From positions 186,001 to 250,000 of the forward strand of contig JAQGDQ010000302.1 in the NCBI GenBank assembly GCA_030141605.1: a stretch of DNA of 64,000 bases. Direction: 5' to 3'. Made by a program: the position numbers and the translations under genes. This document shows positions 39,429 to 51,507 of this stretch, piece by piece (positions within the stretch are counted from its first letter, which is position 1; each line of letters starts with the position of its first letter). Below the pieces are notes generated by a model that did not search any database, was not told the DNA's origin, and worked only from the letters and a program-made list of their open reading frames with translations. The stretch is from Tubiluchus corallicola. Its lineage: Eukaryota > Animalia > Priapulida.

Positions 39429-40915
39429 TTAAATGGCCTGTAAGGTACACAATTCGATTTGTAAATTTGATGAAGAAAAAAATTAAACTCGTCAACTAGA
39501 AAAACCAAATAAGAAGATTCGTCAATTGAAACCTCTAGTTACTATAGCATTATTTACAGTTCAGAGGATCAGTTACTGACATAATTAGATAGACTTCAAC
39601 AGCACATTGTGGGCAGTAACAGCACACAGGAGTGTCAGCAGGTGAAACATGCAGTATTATAGAATGTCTTCATAGTAATGATCCTGATAAAGAAATTGGT
39701 TCACGACGGGGATAAATTTAATGGGACTCGCATCAAACTATACTACCCATTTTTTGGTTTTTACAAATCATTATTTATTTTGACTAGCACTACGTGCAAT
39801 TTGAGAAATACAGAATCCATTTGTTCACCTAATTTTACCTACATGAAAAAAACAAACAAGCATAACATACATATAATGGTACATTCCTCTATTGTAAAAG
39901 TAGGTTATTTGTTTGTGAGTGTAATAATGTAACACACAATTTTATTGGTTAGTTCTACTGACCATCTCCACTTTCAACAGATTTTTAGCTAGGCCTAGAA
40001 TCTGCAAAATGCCTTTTTTATAAACTTAGACAGTTTTTCTCTTTGTTACAATGAGACTTGTGTGTGAAAACTGAAAATCAAGAATTTATTAGTGAAGCCA
40101 GTTCCAGCCACTCTTCAAAACTGACAACAATCACCAGAAAGGTAAACAATAGTATTGGATCCCTTATAAGACAACTGAAAACCAGACAATTTAGTGTCAA
40201 CTGTAGTCTGTTGTGTAACATAATAATGTGCATAATAGGCCCACCAAGGTAAAATGAAAAGCTTGTGTAAGTTTAGTTCAACATTTATAGTAGGGTTAGT
40301 AAGAACGCTTTAAGTTGTAATAGGGTGAAAAAAACAGTCTTATAGTGACAAGCATATACTTAAATGCCAAAGGATTAGCACAGAAGTCAGCCTGCATTGT
40401 TGAAATTAGTAAAGTATATTCATAATTGGCAAAGGGGCGCACAATACAAAACCAGGTGAATACCAAGTTTTACTTAAATGCCTTCAGTGAGTGTAAAATA
40501 AAGAAAAACAGAATCTGTTGTCATTTTACTTGTAAGCACTGCATTTTTGTAGGCCTCGTATATTCACAAAAAAGTTATTGTGAATGCTAATCAAAAAATG
40601 TTACTTGCTAAACTAAAAAAAAATAAATAAAAATCTGATTAGCAGTCGGCGCTCATCAAATTTGAAAAATTAAATTCATCCCTGCCGAATCTAGTCAGTC
40701 CTGTCTGTTTTGCATATGTTTGTATTGCAAAGCGGTGCCACAGGATTACTGATTTTGTGTAATTGCAATCGTTATTGCATCACCATACACATTCCATTTG
40801 TCATCATCGACTTTACAGCATCAGATTTTTAAATTCAAGTAACTGAAAACTGATGGATTTCAATCAAAACTGAATGCTACTCTACTTGCATAGTTTTAGT
40901 AACTAATAAACTTAC

Positions 40916-40961
40916 AATGAGACAATGTTTGTCGCCGGTGTTGCTCTTTTAACATGTTCAT
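40916..40961 (-). CDS. unc-13: unc-13 short coding exon (MNMLKEQHRRQTLSH-S)
   Basis: 46 nt with a strong polypyrimidine acceptor (ttcctttgtttttttttcAG) and a GTAAGT donor. It supplies exactly the phase 0 to 1 change needed between the flanking exons. Confidence 0.85.
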
Positions 40962-41879
40962 CTGAAAAAAAACAAAGGAATTCATTGGCTGTTATGTGGT
41001 TTACATCACATTACAGGATACGTGATCCTAAACTTCGGCAAGATTATAAAATAAATTAAAATAATCATTGAAGTGACCAACAATTTATAACGATATCTTT
41101 AAGAAAGAAATATGGTTGAAACATAAAGGAGGAGTAAATTGAAATTGCACCTTGAATGCTAAGACCTTTTATAATGTTTCCTTTTTTGCTTAAAGAACTT
41201 AAAAAAGGTTTGGAAATTTAGATTATTAATTAGGTTAGTTATTGAAACCTGCAGATTACTCTAGGCTATGAATAAAAAAGTACAAAAAATTAAACTAGTC
41301 AGTCAGTAGTTGCTCTAGCATCATTACACTAACACTTAGAAATGCAAGAATAAAGGCTGGGCAAAAAGATTAAATAAAAAACTGTCTTAATCACAAGGGA
41401 CTATTGAGAATGGTCTAGTGACACACGGCGGCGATGAGTTTATAACCTAAAGGTCTTGGTTCAAATACAACTCAGTTCCAAATTTTTCACTTTTTCTTCT
41501 ATGGCATATCTGGATTCGAAATTTAATAACTTGTGGGCTTACTTGGTCACAACATCATTCCGTCATTCAGCTACATGGTCTCAAAGAAAGATCAAAACAG
41601 AGTATAACATGACAGGCTGCTTTTTTACATTGTTAATAATAGAGAACCTGCAGATGGATTCAGAAAACAAATTAAATATAAAGAATTGCTAGTTAGCCAT
41701 TTATTATTAATTAACCATACAAATGATCACTCATATCAACAGTTATGCATGTTTATAAGAGAGGCATTGAAATGATATTAGATATTCCCTTGAGTTTCCC
41801 AAATTTCTTGTGCATTAGGAACTGTATATAAAGGAATTTAGGCAGGAATGCTTATAGTAGACATCAGATAACTCATTAC

Positions 41880-42537
41880 CAGCGGCGGATTATGATTTTA
41901 TGGGCCTTAGGCTTGAGCTTGGAACGGGCCTTTTAAATGCTGCTACACTGCTGAGCTGACGTGTTTTTGTGGAGCTCTCGTCGTTTGTAAGTTGGTTTAA
42001 TTTTGTGAGTTTTTGTTTACATATGTGTTAGAATGTACTTGTGTATGATGGTTTCAAACTGCTGTGGGGAACGATCATTCTCTGCTCTGAAAAGGATAAA
42101 AACTTATTTACGGTCATCTCTACAGGATGACAAATTGAACAATTTATCACTGATGCATATTGAATCAGATATGTTGAAAAAAAAATGGACTTTTCAGAAA
42201 TTATAACTGACTTTGCCCCCAGAAAAATTCGGAAACTGAAAATTTGAACTTAAACTTAAACTGTGTAAACGTGAATTGTGTAAACTTGAATTGTGTAAAC
42301 TTGAATTGTCTAAACTTAAATTGTGTGAACTTGATTTGTGTAAACCCGATTTGAAATATAGTGACTGACTTTTGAAAAAAAAACTTTTTTCTATATTTTA
42401 TTTTGGCGGGCCCCTTGCTCTTTTGTCAATTTATTTTTTTTTACAAAAAATTTTTTTTTCGTTTTATTTTGCCGGGCCCCTTTTGATCCCGGGCCTTAGG
42501 CTTCAGCCTATTCAGCCTATAGGGCTATCCGCTACAG
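41880..42537 (+). mobile_element. hAT deletion derivative with transposase dimerisation-domain remnant
   Basis: 8-bp TSD CTCATTAC (41872-41879 and 42538-42545) and imperfect TIRs CAGCGGCGGAT / ATCCGCTACAG. The remnant reads SFSALKRIKTYLRS...KLNNLSLMHIESD near 42075-42170. Internal 15-bp tandem repeats lie at 42260-42345. Confidence 0.88.
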
Positions 42538-43199
42538 CTCATTACACAATTACTACGTGACAGTTTTCAATTTAAGCTAACATATATAATTTGTTTAATT
42601 ATTTATTTATACTTTATTTATATTCATATCAAGAATAACTGCAAGACCTATTCTATGACTAACACACTTATAGACCTGAAAAGCCTGTACAAGCTACCTC
42701 AGTAATCATACTTCAAAAGCAGATGAAACTGGATACTAAATTAATTCCGTGAGCAAAGTGCACAGGAAACGACAGTAATGCAGACAGTGTAGGTTTGCAA
42801 TCTCTGCTGCCAATTTCAAATATTAAGTAATGCTTTGTTTGCGCAATTTTAGATGGAAAGTAAATGTTGAGCAGAAGCCAATTTAAAACTCCTTTTCACT
42901 TGGCTGTTCCAATAAGCTCCCAACATTTACTTAGCTGCAGAAATATTATTAAAGCTATGTTGAGCTATGCACATAGAGCTTAACACAAGTGCATGGCAAG
43001 CAATCCTAACAGCAAAACAAATTAGTGAATAGTTTTTAAGAACTTCTCACGCATGGACTAAGACACGATTTAAACAACAATTCTGAGATATCTTTTTATT
43101 TGCAAAGAAATTGCAGAATGATTTCAGGAAATTACATGGCACGAAAAACAAGTAGTAGGTCCTACTACTGAAATACCAAGCATTAGAATGGGCCCAATT

Positions 43200-44013
43200 A
43201 AAACAAATTGAAATTCAATAACTCAAAATTTAAAGAAATGTGTATAAATTTTTTCAGACTTGAAACAAATGTTCCTCCCGTTACTATTAATTGTGAAAGT
43301 GTTGAAAGAGTCAGCTCCATTAAACTACTAGGTGTCCATATTTCTGATAACTTAACCTGGAATGTACATGTTGAAGAGATACTCAAAAAAGCCTGCAACG
43401 TATTTACTTAATAAGACTTTTAAAGAGAGCAGGTATTTCTCAGAAAGATATGATTACTGTTTATTGTACATAAAAATAAGACCAATATTGGAACTCGCTT
43501 GACCTGCTACGTAAATGCTTTGCAGCTATGAAAAATTGAATATTTATCTGAATGTAGAAATGACATTTGCAAGAAATTTTTTTAAGTCAATCCGAAATCA
43601 AGACAGTAGACTCCTTTATTACCTCAACACAAGCCCCATAAGCGCAATCTTCGTAAACAACTAACGTACCCTTTACCTCTTTGCCGAACTGAAAGTTTTA
43701 AAAGTAGTTTTATACCATATGTTTATATTTATATTTATTTATAGTTATATTTACAGTTTTATAGATATCAGTAAGTTCATTACTACCGTATACACTGTGA
43801 CACTAGATATTATAATAATGGATTTTAATAAGATTAATCTTAACGTAAATTATTGTCTTTTAAATGTAATTTAAACTGTAATTTAATGTTAGGTAAAGTC
43901 ATTTTAATGTAAAGTAATTTAATGGTAATTTTAAACCTCAGTGTATCTTAATTAAAGTAATGTAATTTAACCTTCAGGTTACAAGAGTTTGAATAATAAA
44001 CTAATAATAACTA
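43200..44013 (+). mobile_element. 5'-truncated, frameshifted LINE remnant (post-RT region plus 3' UTR)
   Basis: LKFNNSKFKEMCINF...VERVSSIKLLGVHISDNLTWNVHV...KKA then YLIRLLKRAG...IRPILE, with an aataataaac tail. Confidence 0.88.
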
Positions 44014-45511
44014 AAAAGAATTTAAATAGATATCACTAGGTGAATTCACTACATCCCGGGACACACAAAGACTCCTTTTCTATTTAGTTCAATTCAGGAT
44101 TTATTCATAAGCGACACGAAAACTGAAGCAAAAATTCAAGGCACAAGTGTATTAAACTACAGAATATAATTGCAACTAGCTAATGTGTACTAAACCAAAG
44201 AAACAACTAAGTAGTCACAGTTTGCTTAGTTCCTAAGTTAACATTAAATTACGCTCGACTTGAATGAAAACATCTGAAACTTAATCAAAACTTCAACAGC
44301 AGAAATTCTCATGCCATAATATATAAGAAAGTAAGCAATGTGAAGCATGATCTGGAAATGGAAGGGTGACCTCTGTGGGAAAACTGCTGATAATGGCATT
44401 TCATGCTATGCTGACAAAGACAATTTCTGTTGTTGAGAAAGGGTGGCTATGACACCTCTGCTGTTCAGTGCCTCATTGTAGATGATGACCTTTGATGATG
44501 AGTCATGACCAATCTAGCTGCAAACATCTACAATAAGTAAGCCCTGTCACTGTTTGCTGCATACTGTTTTTGCAGCCTGTTGAACTGCATAAAAATCAAA
44601 TAGAAAAAACTCCTGACAGTCACAGCTTTTGCAATCCAATTACTATCAGTTACTGTCTATTAGGCTACTTACATGTATTTGTACAAATATATAACAAGTC
44701 TTTCCAATTTGTTGTATATCAGTTTATTCGAGTTAATCATTCGATGTCCTTAGGTTTATCAATTTAACCAAAATAACACTCTACAGTGAGACAAACTTTA
44801 GCAACTCTTAAATGTGTACAGAAAGTTATATTTTTTACTAAAAATAACAATTCTTTAACTTATTCCCACCCAGCAGCCCTGCCTAACATGCCTACCAGCC
44901 ACAATGAAGTCTAACGATGTAAACCACAATCGCGGCCAATTTTGGTCAATACACGATTACACGTTGTTTTGTTAATGTTGGGTTGGCGCAGTTACCACAG
45001 ATTTCAATTCACTGCCAGTAAATTTGCCAATACCAGGCAGAAATGACCACCCAAAACAGCAATTACATACACATTTTTAGAATTGCTGCTTTTATTTGCA
45101 AACACAGCATGCAGTACTGAACCTTTCACAAAAGAATAAAACACAGTCATTCCAATTTATTGTGAAACAGTGAATACAGTTTGTAATAGAAATGCAGAAA
45201 TCACGAACAAATCTTTAAAATGTAAAAAAACTGTGCAGGCATTTAGGCAAACATTTATAATTTGATAATACCATAACATAAGCAGAATTACATGCACAGT
45301 AAAAAAAATTTTACTGGTTGGCAAGTTAACTATTTAACATTATATATAATCACATTTATCAGTTAATGCCATTACATTTATGAGTTAATGCTTTTGTAAC
45401 AATAAAAAGAAACTATAAAAAAATTGTAATAAAGCAATGTACAATTATGACAAGGATCAAAACTAAAAGCAGGTAACATGCTGTTTAATTGAAGTTGGAT
45501 CAATGCCCTAC

Positions 45512-45568
45512 CTGAAACTCGGGGTCGGGGACTACAGAGTCAGCCGCAGCCTCCCCTGTATTCGTCAG
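45512..45568 (-). CDS. unc-13: candidate cassette exon of unc-13 (LTNTGEAAADSVVPDPEFQ)
   Basis: 57-nt GC-rich island in an AT-rich intron, ttttgtattgcacAG / CAG|GTaggg, phase 0 to 0, no stop codon. No recognised homology. Confidence 0.6.
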
Positions 45569-46364
45569 CTGTGCAATACAAAATAAATATGAAAATGTAT
45601 CAGTCAACTGCTACACTATAATCTAGACAACACAACTAAATGTCAACAAGCGAAAGACCAGTGCAAAGGGTCATTACTACAATGATAAGACAAACTTAAG
45701 ACAATCTAATGCATGACGTACAATAAGTGCTAACATAAAATTACTAAGAATATCTATAAAACCAATTACATTAGTTTACAATATTTTTATAATAATTTAC
45801 CGTACTCAAAAGACTTGCAACTAATGAGATTAAATCCCGAAATTCAACTAAGACTGACATGTGTCCAAAGGCACTAAAGGCCATTTTTACAATAGGTACA
45901 CCTAGTATCTATAGCAAAATCAATCAATCACACTTTTTGAAAATGGAGTTTACTGCAACAATCGCAGATCAAAAACTCAACATTTAATGAATGGTGATTA
46001 TGCTTTTAAATTTTAATGCAGTATTTTGGAAACAGTTGTTAAAGTTGTCATGATCTTGGCAGTTACTTTCACCTGTTACTCACTTAATGCAATATACTGT
46101 AACGCTAGTAAAACTCTAGTGCCGCAGATGCACTAGACGCATTTCACAGTGCTTGAGCTAATATTTGCAAATATATCATTTCACGGTAATAACCACGAAA
46201 GCAATAAATTTTTCATCAAAGTTGAATCCGACGCAGTTAAAGAGAAAACTCGTATGTCTAGATTTAAAACTTCGGGGAATTTCTTCAAAACGCTGACTCA
46301 GGGCAGGAAACTTTTAAAAAAATATAGTTAAATTTGCTTAAAAGTATTGTCATATAACGAAAAA

Positions 46365-46780
46365 TAGACAATGGCAACTTTTATGACAATAAAATTATAC
46401 GTGATTGTCTTACATCTATTGTATAGACAATACTATTATGATAAACATCTTGTTTTATATCAAATGACAACACAATTCTGGTAACTAACTGTATTACATC
46501 CGCTGACAAATAAAATTATAATAAATCCTTTGTCTTACATCTGCTAACAAAATAATCATTGTTTCATATCTAATAATAAAATAATTATGATAAACCAACT
46601 GTCTTACCTCAACTGACAATAAAATTATGATAAAGTAAATGTCTTACATCTATTGACAATACAATCTTGAAAAAACACATTGTTTTACATCTAATGCCAA
46701 AACAATTGTAATAAACCAACTGTATTAAATCCACTGACAATGAAATTACAATAAAGCCATTGTCTTACAGACATTGCTTA
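46365..46780 (+). repeat. degenerate ~40-bp minisatellite
   Basis: Recurring gacaataaaattatgataaac...tgtcttacatcta. Confidence 0.75.
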
Positions 46781-47329
46781 TTTAATTTACACTGTGAAAT
46801 TATTTGTAATCTATTAATAATTATTAAACTACATATTAAACTACTACATGCATGTGTGTGCAATCACAAAACAGTAATTTCCTACTGTCAATGTCATCTG
46901 CTCAAAGATTTATTCCTATTAAATAATCCTATCGAATCTGTAATGTCTTTTTTTTTCAAAAAACGAATACCTAGTGGCCATGCTCCAGAGCATAACGATG
47001 AAGACAATATAAAAACTCGGCTGAAATGATGGTAAAAACAGATTACAGATATCAAATCATGGAATGCAAATTTGTGAAAATTTAGTATGTACTGTTTACC
47101 TCAAAATGAGTAAATGGCACTATTATATGAATAAGGAAAGTGAACGGAATGCTGAGAACTGAACGGCTCTAGAGAGTTACTCGCGAGTGAGTAACCCAAA
47201 AGAGTAAAAGAGAATACACCTAGTTATTTATTTTGAAAGAATAAACTTGAAAGAAAGGTGTGTAAACTAGTACGTTAGTAGCATCTGCACCTGTTTGAAA
47301 AACTTGGGCAGTAATAGAAACCTTTCATG

Positions 47330-47910
47330 TAGTCAAACCACCATCATCACCTATTGAATCACGTATTCAGGGACACGATATTGTTCGGCTGTTTATGCCA
47401 AGACTACTTTCTGCAATAGACCAAGTACTTCTATCTCTATGGATCAGTGTTGAAGTGTTTGAAATCTGTCCAAATATGTTAACACAGAATTGTCCTTCTA
47501 CCAAATTTCTGGCTGGTTCTATTGCTTACTGAAGAGTTATTTTCACTGGACTGTAGGTCACTAGACTCATCAGGTAGACTAAGCATATGCCCAATCCATC
47601 TTAAACAACATCTTTGTTTTCTTGCGTAAGGTTCCTCTTATTTTTTCCATACAGATCTTCATTTGGAATTTTCTTTAGCCATCTAACACTCAAAATGTTT
47701 CTAAAAATTCGTTTTTATTTCAGCTTTATAATTTGCTTTTAAAATTTAGAGTTCAGAGTTATACTGAAATACAGTTGGAACTAGGGTTAAGAATATTCTG
47801 ATTTTGTTTCCAATGATATCTTCCTGTTATCAAAAACTTTTGTGAGTTTTCAATATGCTAAGTAATATATGTAATCGAATATTTTACACCAAGAGACAAA
47901 GCTACCATAA
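47330..47910 (-). mobile_element. decayed RTE-like LINE fragment
   Basis: The minus strand shows RWIGHML near 47600 and IL.VRW..KI.NEDL-like remnants. It is heavily disrupted. Confidence 0.55.
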
Positions 47911-50887
47911 CTTAAGTGTATCAGCAGGCACCTAGTAATGCAGAAAGACATAATTACTGTTAAGTTAATTTGCAAAATAGCATTAATTTTTTTAAACTGG
48001 TGATTCCCACTAGTTTCATCAATCTGAATGAATTAATAGAACTGTTTTCAATTATCTTGATCGTCTGGGAAATGGCTATTATAACTGTATTAGCTAATGC
48101 TGAAGTTAAATTCTCAAATTTGACAGATAACTACTTGTTAATCTGTGTTCAATGAAAGAAAATTATATTCACAGCCGAAAATGGTTATGCTAACACACAT
48201 TAGTCACTTCAGATGTCATAATTCTTCATCTAGGTTCTGGTCCCACAACCAGTCAAAGTTATTAGTAGATCATGCTGCTGAGAGCTTAATTCACTTATGC
48301 AGGGTCGACAGTATTGCAACATTTTACGATATAAATTTTTAGGTTTCTTTAACTATAACTGAAAACTGAGTTTGTCCTTTAATATTTAGATGTTCTCCCT
48401 AAACTGATTCGTGCTACTAACCTACAACAGGAAGCAACATGAAATGCAAGTAATCAATACTAGAGAGATTTGCTTTGGTAAATTTATGTCTAGCCCAGCA
48501 CCGTAATGCCATGAATGGTAATTTTTTGTTTTAAAAAGTCAAACAAGCAACAACTAAAGACATAATCAATGACTTACAGTTAGGTAATAATATAGCATAA
48601 GGAACTCACAGAGTAAGGAAAATACAAATTGGAAATAAAATCAAAGTTTGATAACATTCAAATTTCCCAAAAATGAACATGAAATGATGGCTACACAAAA
48701 ACAGGCATGTTCAACAAGCCACTTACTTACGTAAGTTAAAATTCACATCATAAGTTAAAAATACAAAACCACTAAAGCGCAACCTAAAATGCTTTAGCAG
48801 AGATTTCCTACTCCATGTACCGCTTTCTTGGTGGTATCTAAATATAAAACAAATTAGACATAAAGGTGCCCATTGTGAAGAACGTTTGCAAGTTCTTTCG
48901 TACATGTTATTCATTAGCTGGCTCTGTAAGGCAAAACAACTTCTGCTCAGCTTGATTAACGCTCGTTGTTTTCCTCAATCTTCAAATGTTCCATGAAATG
49001 ATTAGAGCGGAGTATCGTTCGTTCAGATGGCAACCCATTTTTCACTCATTTGTTTTGCTGGCAATGATTTAAACACTGCATATTTAGACGTGCAATGTTG
49101 TTTACAAATGACAAATATTGTTTAGAGAAGGAAAGTTATGTCCATTCCAGGGAAGTTGTTACTATGCAGTATGCAGTAATGTAAAACCAGCACTTTCACA
49201 AGTTTCACGAAGAAAACCAAACCAAATATTTTGGGAAAATGCAACCTCAAGGGCAATTTCCCTAAAAATGAAGATGTGAAACATAGCAAGAGTGTACATA
49301 GCTCCTGTAATAAAAATGTAAAAGTCTCAAATGTTACATTTAAGAGACAGGCAATTAGAACTACAGCATGCAGACTCTGCAGGCTCTGTCTGGCCTACCT
49401 AGGTGTTGCATATTACCTAGCTCTTTCTATTTTAATTTTCTAGGTATTTGCATAATTTTGTACAGAAGCATCTCTGTTGTTGTCTAAGTGAGTAGTCTCA
49501 GATTCTTGATGCCAGTAAATAGTATTGGTTATACATAATTGTTGCCATTAATGAGTGTAGATTCAAAATGTGTTTTAGGTTTTGGCTTCATACACTTTTA
49601 GGGTATTTAAGTAAATTATGTACATGAAGACATTATAGAAAGAAGTGCGTGTGAGAACAAACACCTACTAGCTTAGAATATTTATCATATAACATTAGCA
49701 TTATTTACTAACAATAATACAGCATAAGCATCTTTACAGAACTATACTACTAATGCTTTACAAGTCTATATAAAATATACACAAATTAAAAGACTAGTGT
49801 TGTTAAGAATGAGTCATGGCGCCATCCAAAAACTATAGAGTTAATTTATGATTTTCAAAAAATCACTAAAACAGTATACTTATTGCACAATTATAAGTAT
49901 AATGCAAGTTATTTAAAAATTTAGTCAGGTTAACTTCATCTAGGTACAAAATACAAATCATGCAGACACTGTAAACAGACGAATCTTAGCTAAAACTTGA
50001 GTCTCATCAAACTAGGCTCAGGAGCACTTAATGAATTATTTGAAAAGGGCATTTAAGCTATTCCAGTGGTTACGAAATTCACTCAGAGAAAATGAGGTGA
50101 CACTTGCTAGACTGCAAAAGGTTTGGGCAGCCATAAAAAGACTTAATGCAGCAAGGCTGTCAACATGCAGGTAAAAAAATCAACTGCTAATGACTTAGGG
50201 AACTACGATTTATAATGAAATTTCTTTCTTCTGCATTAACTACATTCCATTTCCAAAATTTCTAATGCAAAGAACTTTGGTTATTATATCATTATGGATG
50301 TTGGAAAAGCAACCTGCTAAGACAAGCACAAAGCTTAGTTTTTAACCCACTTGAGCAATGAATCCCTTATTATATAACTTTACAAGAATACTAGTGTGCT
50401 TACACACCTAAGCAAATTTATAGGATTATTATCTCAAAAAACTGAATTTACACTTTTATTCCTACTTTTGCTTTTAAATTTTTCTTGAATTTTGGCAAAA
50501 TAGCAAAGTAATTAGTTTTTTTCAGAAACTCATGTAATTTGCCTAAAAGAATAGCCAAATCTGTACCTATTTTCAAACACTTTGCTTGGTTTGTTAACAA
50601 ATATAGAAAATGGTACAGTGCATAGAATGGCTTCTGAGATGCCCTTAGAGCACAGGACACACATACACACACACACTCACACATCTGCTGTAATTGCTTC
50701 TTTCAGAACCGTTTAACAACGACAGTAACCTGTAGTGACACGCAGTGAAAGGGAAATGATTTCAAAGATTTCACTGATTGTAGATTTTTAGAGACTTAAC
50801 AACATCTTCGTTGAATGCGATCAATACAAAAACAAGGATTTGATTCACAGCTACACAGACAAAACTAGACAAGTGCAAGAACATTAC

Positions 50888-50958
50888 CTCCTGATCCATG
50901 ATGGTGTTTAGCACTTCCAACTTTTTCTGTAACTCACGCGCCTCTCCTTCTTGCAGAT
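50888..50958 (-). CDS. unc-13: unc-13 coding exon, post-C2A helix (DLQEGEARELQKKLEVLNTIMDQE)
   Basis: 71-nt exon, tttttcttgtAG / GTaatg, phase 1 to 0. Resembles Munc13-1 [24 protein letters not shown]. Confidence 0.93.
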
Positions 50959-51285
50959 CTACAAGAAAAAGAACATGTGCTAGGAAACAGACCAAGGGAA
51001 ATGCAAAATTTTCACTTGATGCAGCAAACATTAAATTCTTTCATAGTGTGTAAAAATGTACTGGTGTGCAGTGACTTAACTATACCTTCCTTTATATAAG
51101 AACAAACTTTGTAATCAACTTACTAAAAACCTATTCTATATTTTGATTAATTTGTCAGCTGTATTTCAGATTGATGAAGCACATTTACAATTAAAAATTC
51201 CCATTGTTACTCATACTCATCTACTGTATCAACAATTTGCTGCATGGTTACACAAATTATTTTCACTTGAGATATATATATAAGC

Positions 51286-51335
51286 TACATTAACTCAGTT
51301 GCAAATAATATTATATAATTATATGTGCACGTCAA

Positions 51336-51379
<44 letters not shown>

Positions 51380-51507
51380 AGAGATTATATAATTATATGT
51401 GCATATAAATTTGACGTGCACATATAATTATATAATCTCTCTTTATATATATAAATTTGACGTGCACATAATAATTATATAATATTATTTGCAACTGAGT
51501 TAATGTA
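51286..51507. repeat. ~220-bp nested palindrome with (TA)n
   Basis: Outer arms TACATTAACTCAGTTGC...TGCACGTCAAATTTATA and its reverse complement. Inner arms TAAAGAGAGATTATATAATTATATGTGCA and its reverse complement. Confidence 0.95.
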
